Of a stretch of DNA of 64,000 nucleotides, positions 38,905 through 52,451 are shown piece by piece. The stretch is from Utricularia gibba (lineage: Eukaryota > Plantae > Magnoliophyta). The notes below the pieces were generated by a model. The model made no database searches. It had not been told where the DNA came from and was given only the letters and a program-made list of their open reading frames with translations. The stretch lies in assembly GCA_002189035.1 (NCBI GenBank), contig NEEC01000019.1:620001-684000 (forward strand). Reading direction: 5' to 3'. A program made the translations under genes and the position numbers. Numbering within the stretch: position 1 is the first letter of the stretch; each line of letters opens with the position of its first letter.

Positions 38905-39460
38905 AGGTCCTGTTCTAAATTATTAATTTTCTGAAGTGATTATGTTTAATTTTTTCAAATCATAATATTTAGCCGTTTTATAGTAAAATCATAAATTCAA
39001 ACTCTGAAGTTAATTTCAAAAATTATTGAATTTATTGAATATATGCTTCAAAAATTAAATAATAAATTAATTAAAAAATTATGCTATTTATTTTTTATTT
39101 ATTCTAGAAAAACATATTTATATCATATATTAAATTATACAATAAATTAATATATTAAAATTTACAATATATATTTTATTTTATTAAATTGGATAATCTA
39201 ATTTTATATTATTCCATAAAACGTTTTCAATCTCAAACCAATTATATTCACATAATATTAAAATTAATTCTATTATGCATAAGAATATTTTTCAATTTTT
39301 TGAATTTTTTGAATGATCAAAATATACATTATGTTAATTTTTTTATTAATATATATTATAGCATAAAATTTTGAGTAATCTTTAATTCATCGATGGACTA
39401 TAAAACAAATTTACAGATTGAAATCAAATAAATGTGTTAAAATATATTCAAAGTATACAT
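38905..39460 (+). mobile_element. Tourist-like MITE family copy 1 (approximate ends)
   Basis: Shares TATAGTAAAATCATAAAT...TTAATTTCAAA..TTATT.AATTTATTGAATAT and CAATCTCAAA...AATTCTATT blocks with the copies at 48520-48831 and 55411-55725. Confidence 0.55.
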
Positions 39461-40241
39461 TTGTTTTGGAAAATCTTCTTGAAAATTAAAATTCATGATT
39501 AGGGCAGGCATTAGCTAAACAAGTTAATCGTCTTCCAGAAGAAGACAAAAACCGATGGTGTCGTGAACGTCCGGATTTCCTTGTTTCTTTTTTTAGAATA
39601 AATTTAGGCTTGTAGAGAGTCTGTTGGGTTAACGAATCATCGTTCCTCCGGGGTTGGATAAGCATCGTTCTTATTTTCGGAAGTCCTACACTTGCACTAG
39701 GTAAGAAGAATCACTTTTGAACAGCTTGTTTTCAGATGATTATGTGGGTAGTTGTTGCGATCAACGCTAGTTTTTGATCTTGGTGTTTTGGATCAGTTAA
39801 AACAATTAAAGATTACGAATTTCCATAGATCCACTTGTTGCTCTTCAACCGGAGATACAAGTTTCTAATTCGTGTTCTTCTTTATTTTTTTGTGGGTGTC
39901 CGTTTGTTTTGCTTGTTGTAGGATTTTTCAATTTGATGATTATTTCTGTGCAAGAACTTCGTATGATGAATTGCTCTGTTGTGAAGTTTTATTTTTTGTG
40001 AATTGCGATTGTATGATCTTAAAATCTGACACGGTTTCAGAGTAGGGTGCCACTTGTCTTCCAGGATTCCAGTTTTCTTTGTAAACTTGTTTTCGAATGA
40101 CTCTAACTTGTTCCGTACTTGCTTATACCAGTTGTTAAAGGCTAAGTTAGTTTAAATCGAGTGCCTTGTGTTTGTCTTTATGGACACTAATTTTAAATTG
40201 GTATACATTCATTCATGTATGTTCCGACGTCTTTGTCCAGA

Positions 40242-41714
40242 ATGGATAAAAAGGTGCTCTTTGTTCTGGCAATCACGGGTTTCTTCTTGCTCTGTAAGGC
40301 AAGAGACTTGGAAACCGCTCGTGTCTTTGTAGGTGCGTACTTCCAAGCGTGCAGTGTGATGTTTTTTTACTGTTGACATAGATATTTTTTTTGTCTATGT
40401 TGCTGTTTAACCATGCTTAATTTGTGAAAACCCTTCTGCTAGCAGAAGTCCTCCCAAGTAATGATCTTCCCACGGAGGAATCTCAACATGTCGAAACTGT
40501 GAATGATGGAGAGTTGTGTTTGGCATGTGAGGAATTTGCTTCAGATGCGCTTTATCACCTCTCCGATAACAAAACTCAGACAACAATACTTGGCAGATTC
40601 CATAAATACTGTTCTATAATACCTTCATTTAAGGAACAGGTATTAACATCAGCCTTTGTTTCTTGGACTTCCCAGCTGAAAATGGGAAAGCTTCTTTACG
40701 GTTAAATGATACAATATTGAAAAGGGCTGAAGTAAAGCTATAGAGGAAACATTTGACATTCACTCTGAACTTAGACCAGGCAGGCTGCAAAACAAAATCT
40801 CTTATTGTCTACAGAGGATGATGTTGTGTATATTTCTATCAATGCTTGAATCAAACTGCTGAAAATCTTATTGTTTACAGTGCGTCCTACTGGTGAACTA
40901 TTACGGGGATCTATTTTTCTCAACTCTCGATTCAGTACAGCCAGCAGAGTTCTGCCGAAAGTTCGGGCTTTGTGAAGGAGGCATTCCCATTTCTTCACGC
41001 ATTTCGAAAACCAAGTGTGATGTATGCCATGATTTTGTTACAGAAGCCTTACTTAAGTTGAAAGATCCTGATACTGAGGTAATCACTTGTCTACTTTCAC
41101 TGTGCCTTAAAACAACCAAAATTATCATATACATTTTTTTTTTCGAATCAAAAATATTCATATGAGGGGAGATGGGTGCAGGGAAGTTTTCAAGAGTAAG
41201 GTGAAAATAGTATAATTGAAATATTAAAGGCTGCCAAGAGTAATATTTCTCTGTGGAGCTTGTTTTTCATTCTATTTTGAACAGTTTGTGCAATCTTTAT
41301 TTAAAATACAGATTGGGAAACTCGGCAATAGCCATTCTGAACTTCATGGTTAAAAAGTTCTTAATCAACTGATTGAACATTGATCTTGTTTCAGCTGGAA
41401 GTTGTCAAGGTGCTTCTGAAAGCATGCGACTCGATTGGAAAAAGTGTTTCCAGGGTAAGTCTTTTAAAAAGCAATAATCGATACCAAGTACGATGTGCCC
41501 CTTCTGTCATTTGTACTTATTGTTCGAATCATCTTGCCGTTGCATGATTATTTAGTGTAAGAAGCTAGTCTTGGAGTACGCACCTCTCATTCTCATCAAT
41601 GCCGAGGAGTTCCTCGAGAAAAAAGATGTGTGCATCCTCCTCCATGCTTGCAACTCAACTGGAGCTCATGAGATTTCGATCTCAGAGAAAACTTTGCTGT
41701 TCAGTGCATCATAA
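40242..41714 (+). CDS. Saposin B domain protein (two SapB domains); exons 40242-40332, 40443-40639, 40881-41078, 41395-41454, 41556-41714
   Basis: Signal peptide, then C-x2-C (CLACEEF, CDVCHDF) and conserved SapB cysteines (CVLLVNYYGDLFF, FCRKFGLC, CKKLVLEYAPLIL, VCILLHAC). A 5'UTR intron is likely at about 39701-40240. Confidence 0.93.
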
Positions 41715-42059
41715 TGGATGAGCAGTCAGCCTACTGCGGGCTTATCAAGTATATTGTGAACTACTGAACCAGGATTCACACTAGTTGCTTGACATGGTCT
41801 TGTAAATTATGTAACGGTATGCCATCATGTAAATAAAGGTGTTTGATTGAAAATGGACCACACTGGAAGAGAGTTTGGTTTCCAAAAATGTTATTGTAAC
41901 TGTGCAGTAGTCCCTTTAGTGTTGGATACAGATTTCAATGTTCATGTAGTGTTGGATGAAACTTTCAAGAGTATCTCGAACCTGTTTCTATGCGATGCTG
42001 GACTAATCTCCCATACAAGGGAAAAAGAAGGAAGATAGCATAGCAACTGAGGTGCAGTG

Positions 42060-44983
42060 CATCTGATACTAACAACTACCTCTTTCCTTCCTCACAAAAC
42101 TACTCAAATGACCAAAGAGACTGTAAATCTGGGGGTGAGTACAGGCCTCCGATGGGGGATTGACTGATCGTTAAGCTTCCAATATCATCTAGAGGAGGCT
42201 TCCCATTCCTGCTGGAGAGAAATCCCACCAGCAACCAAAGTAAAAGGACTTAATGAGACACAAGGCATCCTCATTCGGAAGGTTCAACGTGAAGGCTAAA
42301 GAAATGTTGATACTTGGTTCAGGGCACCTCTGGCTAACGGTTAACCGAGCCTCCGGGATCCCCATGCATGAGACTGTGGTCAGCAGCTTTATCTCCGGGC
42401 TTCACCAGAGTTTGCTTTTCAGGTCCAGGCAAAATATGAGGCATCCATGGAAAATCATCAACTGCAGGAGCATGATTACTAAATGTTACACCATTTTGGA
42501 AACGTCCAATCATCACATTCTGAGGATGTTGAATGCGTAACAGCTGCTTGCCGTTCTTGAATATGGAAGCAATTTTTTATTAGGCAACGGATGGACCACT
42601 TCCGGAATGATCGGCGGATTATTCCACATCTGCCAGCTCTCAGTTCACTTGAGCTAATCAAGTTATCCTGAGCCGTCAGAGTAGCAGAAAACAGAAAAGA
42701 ATTGCTACTCCATTCTACTGATATACGTGTCCTCAATGATGGAGATTCAATGGGGGATGGCTCCATGACTTCAGGAGTTCCGGACTGTCTTCACATGATA
42801 AGGTTTTTGTAGACCCTTATCAGTTAAAGAGCTTACATCCATCTGAAAGTTATCCAGTAATTCAGAAACAGGTCCAAGTAAGTATTTTGCATCTGGTACA
42901 TAACAAGGGTCTCCATAAATCTCAGAATCCTCAGGTAAAAAACTTGGAGGATCTCTGGTTGCAGGAAGAGCATATTCATTTGGTACTGAAACAGCTGGAT
43001 TGTGATCAACTAAATGGAGAGGAAAAGAAGGTAAATGAAATATAGAAGGCTGCCCAGAGTTAAAAGAGTTGTTAAACGACTCTGTTAAGTTGCATGATCA
43101 TTGAAGGCGCAATGGGCGGATGATCGGCAAAATAAATGAATCCAATGACTGTTTTGTGGGTATAAAAGTCTGTGGCGCAATGGGCTCCTGCACCAAAATC
43201 ATTATAAAATTCGTCAACCTATCACTGAATACTCATTATAAAAACATTATAAATACTCAGTTCATAGACCAGCATCGCAACCACAATGACCCACAGGCTT
43301 CCATATGACTGGACATGGATAGCATAAGCATGAAAATCTACATATTCCAAATGCAAAAAGGTAAATACAGAACTTTCGTAGGCTATTGGAAGCAAGTTTT
43401 ATGTGTAGGCTGGTGAGCATGATGTAACCATACCGAAGGTTTAGTGTGGACAATTTTTCACATCAATAAACACTCCAGAAGATAAACAGGAGTCTCCTTT
43501 AGCTATCTTATCATCACACTCAATATATAACCAAATGAGTGAAATGAAGCGCAATGAATGCAGATGTCAACGAAAGAAAACTTACACTGCAATTTGCACT
43601 TTTATAGTCAATGCTATAGCTTTGTCCGGCACGATAGTCATGTTGCATTATTTCCTTCCTGCATATAGCATTGTGGGAATTTTCTACCGTAGTACCTAAT
43701 GCTTCATCTGAACATTAGATCTACTGATACTTTTACCAGAAAAAAACATTTCTTGTGAAGGCTCGGGAAGATGACAAAAATGTACCCTTCATTTGGTCCA
43801 AGTACCTGGTTCCAGCATCTCCTCTGCTTTGCATGTTTGCAGCAGCAGTGTTACCTGGTTCCGCATGGCTAGTCTTAGAACGTTCTGGTGTATCTCTTCC
43901 GATCCCTTTTATAAGGCTCTTTTATCTTGTTTTGAGCATTTTCTTTACTGGCTCTCTTTTCCATTTCTTCGACATCTGAGTTGCTTTACTAGAACCCTGT
44001 ATCCTTTCCCTTTTTTGTCCTTGAGCTTCGTATCAGATTCCATTCTACAACTTTCTTCTTTCTTCTACTAATCTAGCAACCTCTTCCCTCTGCTATCTTT
44101 CCTACTCCTCCAATAACTCTTTCTCTAGTGTAGCTAAACTTTTCTCAGTTTTTCCACCAGCTGTTTTCCCTCTACTCTGTTGAAATCCTACTCCACTTTC
44201 GCATCTACTTTCCATCATTTCTCTTCGATCTGCATCATCACCTAATGCGTCATCTCTGGAACAAGTAACCCTGAAAATATGTCTAAAGAGCCACGTGATG
44301 CATGGGAAAAATACAGTTAGTATTTTGTAAGCAAAAGTCCAAACATGCGAATAAGACTTTTCCGTGGGGCAGGGGCCTTCATCGGAATGAAATTAGTCAC
44401 CAAAATACTGGCCTACAATTATTTGACTTTCTAGAAAAAGTTGCAACCCAATTCCCATTGTCCAGCGAATCCTGCCCACACATCCACCCACTCCGAGACC
44501 AAGTTTGACCATTTGGAATCCCGCCGCCTTCAACCATTAGATCTTTGAAAATTCCTGAATTACCAGCTTCAGGGGGCACAGGCAAATCAAGAACAGGCTT
44601 CAAAGAAATGTGCCCGCAGTAAGAACACAGAAACTTGCCACCACCAGATTATGATCTCTACACGCAGTCAAGCAGCTCCTGCACTTCATAGAGGCAGTTT
44701 TCCTCAATTTCCGCCATTCAATAGCTTCAAATCTCATCCTCTCTCGATGCAACGTATTCCTCTTAGCTCTCCATGCCGATAAATGCGGCATCAAAGTCTC
44801 ATGCCAAAACAGTGTCACCTGTAGAACCATTACACGAGAGAGCCTGGGTGGCCTGATTTCCAACCTGAATGCTGGCAGCAACTGCTGCGACATAGCCCAT
44901 AACCCAATCACTAGAATCACTAGCCACGGCAACATGGTAGCCATCTTCCTTGAGCACCTCTGCATTACACAGAGAATGCAAAT
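42060..44983 (-). pseudogene. Pseudogene of stress-response NST1-like protein (At3g51640/50-like); 3' boundary approximate
   Basis: CILCVMQRCSRKMATMLPWLV, C..C...RD.NPGGGKF.CSYCGHIS..PVLDLP, QREEVARLVEERR and DPCYVPD are recognisable. The ancestral start appears changed to ATT (44983-44981), there is a frameshift at 44647, and in-frame TAGs lie at 44104-44102, 44095-44093 and 44047-44045, with further shifts downstream. Confidence 0.88.
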
Positions 44984-47900
44984 TATCTTCCGTACCCCGC
45001 ACCACCCCATGCCCATTAATAAACAATGAAATTCAGAAAATCCGCACAAACTTTCGAGGCGCGATTTGCTCGGAAACAACCTAATTCCGAAAAGCATTCG
45101 AAAAACATCCATCAGTTGATCAATAGAGGCCAAAAACAGTGATGTCTGGTTTGAAAGCATCATCCAGACGCTCCGACAACAGATACTGCAATAAACGACG
45201 GATTCCATTTCAACAAATTACAACGAAAAAGAAAAATAACGACTGAGGAAATTACACATGCACCACTTTTTTCACGCATAAAAAAACAGAGAGTGGCGGA
45301 GGCGGAGCTCCGACGCGACGATTAGCTGACCGGAAGGAAAAATTACTTCACAATAAAACGAGAAATAAACAAAAGCACAAAAAGATTTTTGTAATGATCC
45401 TATGCCCTCAATAAGGAAATGCCACGTCTGTTCATAAATCTAATTACAAAATATTCAAAATATAATTAATTACTCATTCAGTACATTTCACATGGATTTT
45501 GGCGATTAGCATGACCCAAACATTAAAAAAAAAAATCTTCTTTTAGAATTATAAAAATCATTCCATGTATCATATTAGACTATTTGAAATCAATAGCACA
45601 ATACCTGCAAAGCGTGGATAAGTATGTTTTGTGCTTTTGGCATATAAGGTATGAATATATTGTTATTATTAAAAAAAAAATTAAATCATTTCTATTGTTT
45701 CTGTAATTAATCTGACAACCGTCTAATAATTTTAGGATTACATTTTAATTAAATATAATTTATCTAATTTATTAATTATTGATTTTACTAAGATTTTATT
45801 TTTCACATTAATAAAATAATAAACACAATAAATTTTAAATAAATGTATTTTAACAGTATCCTAATAAGATAATTTCAAATTTATCATATCTATATCTCTG
45901 TGTTTGTATCTGGACTGATGATGTATTTGTACCCGTGCTTTGTAGCATAATACACGATCAAATAAGTTGAATATTTAAAAATATTAGAAAATATATAATT
46001 TATAAATTATCAGTAGATACAACTACACATAATTAATATATTTAATAAGTTAAATTGATACGGATGAATAACTAGTACATTTAATGTTTTGAAAAAATTA
46101 TATAACATACATATTTTTAAATTTTATAATTTGAATTAAATCTTTATAATTTCTTTTATTCTCAAAATTTTTTAAAAAACTTCACATATATAAAAAAAAT
46201 CAAAAAACCTCTAAATCAAATTATATTATATTTATAAATAAATATAAATTAAATCCAATTTAATTCCATTTTTTTATTTAGAATCAAAGACATTCTCATT
46301 AAAAAAAAAACCAAAAAAGTACTTATTTCTATTTTTTGCAACTGGCATTTAATGCCCATGATTTAATAGTGAGCAGGGCAAGTGATGGCGGCCTGTGGTA
46401 ATGGCTGTGGAACGCACCACCTCACACAAAAATTGAATCATGTTAATATTTTTTAACTAAATTGCATATTTTTTATAATAAATAGAATCGTGTTAATACT
46501 TATTGCATATTTATTATTTTATGAAATATAATTATTTTTAATATCAGAATCCAAAAATATTATTGCATCGGATCCAATCCGGGTTCGCCCGAGATTTTAA
46601 AGTGGTGCCCGAGAATTATTGAGTTATGGCCACTGGGCAATCGCTTTGAAGTTGGAATCCATCATTGGATCAATTATTTTATTCTCTGTAATCTGCTTCT
46701 AAATATTTAATACCGCTTTAATTACGAAAATAATATTTTCATAATTAATAATTCCAAATTCCTCTACTTGAGGATCGGAAATCATTTCGAATATTGAGAA
46801 TTATTGCAATTATTCAACCAAAATCATGAAATCATAGTTTCGTAAATAAATTTACATTATGCAAAAAATAAATTAAATTATCGAGAATGAAGGGGAGTCA
46901 TATGTGGACCCCACGGGATCGTATTCCTTTTCTTTTTTTTTCTCAATAATGAAATAATAATTAAAAGAAAAAAAAGAATCCAGTCATGCCACCGATATAA
47001 AAGAGACAATCGATGGGGACACCCGAGCAAGATGTTCGATTTGAATTAAAGTTGGCATTTAAGACAAATAAATATTGACGCGATCCAAAAACACCTGTCT
47101 GCACTAATAATACTTTAGGATCATTTGTTTGTTTTTAGCTCTAGATTCATCTTATTTTTTTGTAATAAATTAATGATGAAAGTAACCTCTTTATTTTCCT
47201 AAATAAATGCTCTTTTTTAAATAATAGGAGGAGAGGAAAAAAAACACATAAAGTATAAAGTTTTGATGACTATAAAGAATTTAACTTTAAAATTTCAAAA
47301 TTGTAATAAAAATATATTAAGTTGTTAAAACCATTTAATAAAAATCCAAAAAATTTTCAAAATTTTTAAAAATTCAAACTATTCATGGCATCATGAATTG
47401 ACTCTGGTTTCAAATATAATAAAATTTCATATAAGGGTTTTTTAAATTAACATTCGAAGTTTGATGAATCGAATAATACTCTGTTAAAATTATATCGTAT
47501 TTATATTTCATATACTTCAAAGTGATAATGATTATATCATGTTCATATTTACGTTTTATATGATACATCGTTATAATAGCATAAATATAAAAAATAGTTA
47601 TTATTAATAACATGATAAGTTAAATATATAATTTTATATATTTAGGAGCAATTTTAAAAAAAATAAGTTAAGGTTTATATAATGTAATTTTAAAACTTAA
47701 AATTTAAAATATATATACTGATTGTAATTTGAAATGTCGCTTAAAACTCTACCCAGGCAAAAAAAAAAAAAAATTCAGTTATCCCATGAGGTAATCGAAA
47801 TTAGAACTATAAAATAAATATTTATATGGTAAAGCGAAAAGCATTCTCAAAATAATTTATTAATTCTTTTTACTTGGGTGTAAGAAGGGGCCACAACCCC

Positions 47901-48049
47901 CATCCTTGCTGCGCCCCTACTAACGTGTGTAATCTTTTAATGTATGATGCGTCCTAATTCAATGCAAAGCCATCGTGTTTATCCTCGTAATTTTAAAAAC
48001 ATAAAGGGGTGCGAATCTCAAACCCTATCCATCGCGTTGTGTTCTTTAT

Positions 48050-48380
48050 CCACGTGACGTGTCGAGATTGGGTGTCCGAATGAGACACATTTTGATAAAG
48101 CTTTGCCGATGTCGTCGAATGAAATCTGTGCTGCTTCTGTGGCGGAGTTGTTCCAATCCGGCACGCGATTGGACTTGATCAAGCCCGCCCGCCCGCCCGC
48201 CCCTTGACCAATCACCACTGCCGTTGCGTTACCTAAAGTTGAATACCGGGTTGACATTTTCGCTCTTGATTTAGAAAAGTTGCACACCATTTTTCCATTC
48301 CCGCGCATCTCATATACCAATCCCACGTTCCACATCTGTGTTCTCCTTTTGTCCGTTTCTCTCTAGCAACTCGCGTGGGC
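48050..48380. promoter_or_regulatory. Cluster of stress-type cis-elements upstream of the PUB gene
   Basis: G-box CCACGTG, a W-box (TTGACC) and three CGCG cores within about 330 bp, 0.9-1.2 kb upstream of the ATG. This is motif occurrence only. Confidence 0.35.
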
Positions 48381-48519
48381 CCCGCCTCATGAAAAATTGC
48401 AGTTTTTACTTTTAAAATTAGGCTATTTCATGGCTCTTTCTATTTAGATTTAAATGCTATAATATATATAATTAAAAATTAATAAGTTTTATTTAATTCC
48501 AACCAATCCAAAACAATAA

Positions 48520-48831
48520 TGGTGTGTTATGTAATTTGAAACTGTGAATTTGTAGAATAAAATCAATTTTAAGATTATATAAATAAAATCAATTTGATAT
48601 TATAAAACTATTTTGTGAGATAACATAAAATTATATTATAAAATATATATTATATAATGTATTGTTATGATATAAATATATTTTTGAATAAATAAAAAAT
48701 GAGTAATATATTTTTTCTAATTAACTCTAAAACCGAAATTCAATAATTTTTGAAGTTAATTACATAATCTAAATTTATAATTTACTATAGAACGAATAAA
48801 GATTTGAATTTTCAAAATATAGAGCATACCC
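48520..48831 (-). mobile_element. Tourist/PIF-Harbinger-like MITE copy 2, with TAA TSD
   Basis: Ends TGGTGTGTTA and AGCATACCC are flanked by TAA at 48517-48519 and 48832-48834. The interior matches the reverse complement of the 55.4-55.7 kb copy. Confidence 0.7.
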
Positions 48832-49274
48832 TAATTAAGTTGAAGAGCGGATTAAATCCATTTTTGAATTTCTATTATTTTTAGAATATAAATTGATAAT
48901 AAAACTAATTTTAATTTTTAGAAGAATCAATAGGAGTAGTTATCTTGGTAATATGGCGGTGTCAACATTTGTAGTTGTAATAAATGTTTTGTTGTTATTT
49001 TTGTAAATAGCGAATTGGAAGAAACCGAATTTTTTACTTTTGGTGGGGTGGGGGTGCAAGTTTGGTCCAAAGTCGCCCGCCGCACCATGGTATGGTAATG
49101 CTGGTCATATTATGGAATTAAAAAATGAATTTGAGGAAATTTAAAAACGAGTTGTGATCCACGCCTCTTTCACAGCTCATTCATAGCCTGTTCAACTTCA
49201 ATACGACTTTCTTCACATCCCAACTTTCTTCTCTCACGATTTCGATCTTCTTCTCTTTGCGTCGGAGTTCCTGG

Positions 49275-51324
49275 ATGCCGGTGAAACACGCCGCTTTGCT
49301 GGGGAGAAGTCGCCGCCAGCCGGTCGGGCGACCTGAAAGGAGGAATGTTTATGACCGGAGGCTCTTGAAATCTTTGTTGGATCATTCCGAGGCGGTGGCT
49401 TCGATGGAGCCGATGAGTGTTCTGTTGAGGAAGACATCGGCGTCTGTAATTAGAAAAGCTCTGATGATCTCGGTTGTGGTGGAGGAGCTTGCTCGGGATC
49501 CTCCGGTAAACGGCTTTTCTACTTGTGCGATTTTATGTTTCGAGGAATTATGCGTGGTTCTGCAAAGAATTAGGGCACTGATTGAAGACTGTGCCGCCGG
49601 TAGTAGAATGTGGCGTTTGGTTCAAATTCCTTTCATTTTGGATTCTTTTCATCAATTGGTTGGGGAATTGGCGATGGTGCTTGATATTCTTCCGGTGGAT
49701 GAGGTTAATTTGAATGAAGATTTGAGGGAATTGGTGAATCTGGTCCGAAAGCAGTGTTATGAGAAACCTCCATATGGTTGGGATTCAGATGATGTTACCC
49801 TCAGAAACGAAGTTCTGAGAATGCTGGAGAATATCAAAAGAGAGATTGTCCAGATCGAACCATGCTCTCCGAGATATTTACGAGATTGAGATTGACCGAC
49901 TCCGCAAGCTGCAGCAACGAAATTCAGAATCTTGAAAACGAGGTCAGAAGTCAAAACGATGAATCCAGAGCCGAGGAAGCCATCGCCCTGATTGGGCTCG
50001 TCCGCTACTCCAAATGCGTCCTCTACGGCGCTTCGACTCCCAGAATCGCCCCACGGCGGCAGAAATCGGCGTCGGAGCTCACCGTTCCGGCAGATTTCCG
50101 TTGCCCTGTAACCCTCGATCTGATGATGGATCCCGTCACCGTAGCAACGGGGCAAACTTACGATCGCTCGTCGATAACCATGTGGATTGACTCCGGGCAT
50201 GCCACGTGTCCCAAAACAGGGCAGCGCCTGGCTCACACGCATCTGATCCCCAATCTGGCGTTGAAAAACCTGATTGCCTTGTGGTGCAGGGATCAGGGGA
50301 TTCCGTTAGATTCAACGGAGTCTCATGTCAAACATAACGGCGTACACTCCAACAAGGCGTCGTTAGAGGCCACCAGGATGACGGCGTCCTTTCTCGTTAG
50401 TCAACTATCGGCGGCGTTACACTCGCTGGAGGAGACGGATCGCGTGGTTTACGAGCTCCGTGTGTTGGCGAAGACGGATTCCGATAGCCGAGCCTGCATC
50501 GCCGAAGCTGGAGCCTTACCTTTGCTGCTCAAATTCCTAGGCTCGGAGCACCCGAGCCTGCAAATCAACGCCGTCACCACCATCCTCAACCTCTCAATAC
50601 TCGAAGCCAACAAGACCAGGATCATGGAGACCGAAGGAGTTCTTAACGGCGTTATCGAGGTTCTTAGGTCAGGATCAACATGGGAAGCGAAGGGGAACGC
50701 AGCAGCGACGATATTCAGCTTATCCTGGCCACACGCCTATAGGAAGATGCTGGGGAAGACGCGTATTATCAGGGCATTGGTCGATTTAGCAAAGATGGGA
50801 CCTATGAGTGCTCAGAGGGATGCTCTGACGGCGATCACGAACTTGGCCGGTAACAAGGAAACGGTGGGGAAGTTGTTGGACGCTGGCATCGTGGGGTTGA
50901 TCGGTGATCTCATGGACGTCCTCCCGAGGAGGCGGTGTCCATTCTCGAATCAGTGGTGAAACGCGGCGGCCTGCCGGCCATTTCAGCCGTCCACGAATGT
51001 AAAATGATGGAAAAGTTGATCAAGGTGATGAGAAACGGCACTGATAAAGCTAAGGAGAGAGCAACGGCCACGCTGGTGGACATTTGCCGTAAAGGGGGAT
51101 CCGAGATGGCGGCGGAGCTGGCGGAGGTGGCAGGAGTGGAGAGGATAATCTGGGATGTAATGGGAACGGGATCGGGGAGGGCGAGGAGGAAGGCAGCCTC
51201 TCTGTTGAGGATTCTTAGAAGATTCGCAGCGGACACGGTTATGGACAACCTAAGTATGGCGCTCGGTGAATCAACAACTCTGGGTAACGTTTTAGCCTCT
51301 ACACGGATAATACTGCCAGCATAA
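49275..51324 (+). CDS. PUB16: U-box/ARM E3 ubiquitin ligase PUB16/17-like; intronless, two -1 frameshifts (49850-49851, 50923-50925); about 683 aa when corrected
   Basis: UND region LCFEEL...GSRMW; LIGLVRYSKCVLYG; U-box PADFRCPVTLDLMMDPVTVATGQTYDRSSI..W...GH.TCPKTGQ; ARM repeats PSLQINAVTTILNLSILEANKTRIMET and RKAASLLRILRR. Confidence 0.93.
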
Positions 51325-52037
51325 AATGCTTCTTTTTTTTTTTTTTTTGGTCTTTTGAGGAAAGTCATTCTTACTTGTAGCATTACCATATTCATTTGTA
51401 AAGTCATCGGTGATGGAAAAAAAGAACAGTAACCAGCTGATTCGGGTCACTGTGCCTAAGTACAGCTCCTTTGGAAAAAAATGGTTAAACCCATCCAAAA
51501 GTTTAGAAATCCTTTCTGATGCAAGAGACGAGAAAACGCAACCAAAACAAGGGTTCTAACAATGCAGAGAAAACAACAAGGTTTCTCTGCAACACTCCAG
51601 CAAGCTTAATAGAAGAGTCAAATGAAACAATGCAGTGTTTACTTCGGACACAGAGTGCTGAACTGATGCTACCACCCGATAGAACATAAAGTGGAGTTGG
51701 AGTTGCAGAGAACGTACATGAAGAAGAGAAGCAGCCAAAAACAATCATTTTCCATGATCTTGTTATCTCTCTGTGTAGCATGAGTAATGAGCTAATGTCT
51801 ACTGTCTAGTATGTAAGAATACTTGTTCGGGTTTGCAACCTCCTTTGCACGTGCGTCATATCCTCTTAAGGGCTTGTTCAATAAGACATAAAATATTACT
51901 TCACGTCAAATAACACATGTTAATCACATATTTGATAAGTAGTGATATCTAATACCATGAATTAGACAAGAAACACAAACTCGTCTATTAGGTAGGTTTA
52001 ATTAATTTTATTGTGTTAAATTACAGTATTACCTTTA

Positions 52038-52451
52038 GGGCCATGTTTGGTTCAAAGAAGAGAATGAAGTGATTTTTTTAATTAAGGATTATGTGCAAGT
52101 TTAGTTGAAATTAAATATTTTTACTCAACTTTCACTATTTTTTACTGTATTAGAAAATCTCATGCTTTTTTGTTTTTTTCATAGGTTTAAGAAACCTTGG
52201 TATCACAAACATACAAAATATAATGTATACTCATTCAAATTTGGCCCAACTCATCAACCAAGCATGGCTTTATTATTTTTAAAGGGTTTCTATTTCACTT
52301 ATATATTATTAGCATGTTAATAATATCTTTTTATATATAAATCTAATTAATACCAAACACACTCATGTTCTCAAATCATTCATTTATGTAAATCAATATT
52401 TTTCATATGTAACAAACACCGAGTAAATTAAAACATTCTATCAAACAAATC
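52038..52451. mobile_element. Possible Tourist-like MITE
   Basis: The left end TTA|GGGCCATGTTTGGTT and right end TCAAACAAATC|TTA enclose an AT-rich interior. Confidence 0.35.

Noticed and set aside
44984-45208. N-terminal part of the 202-aa ORF as coding sequence
   Set aside because: Recognisable homology starts only at CILCV; the upstream part looks like leader sequence.
47640-47925. hAT-like terminus (GCTGCGCCCCTA)
   Set aside because: Only one end is recognisable, with no partner TIR or TSD.
48018-48335. 105-aa minus-strand ORF
   Set aside because: It coincides with the cis-element-rich PUB promoter and has no recognisable homology.
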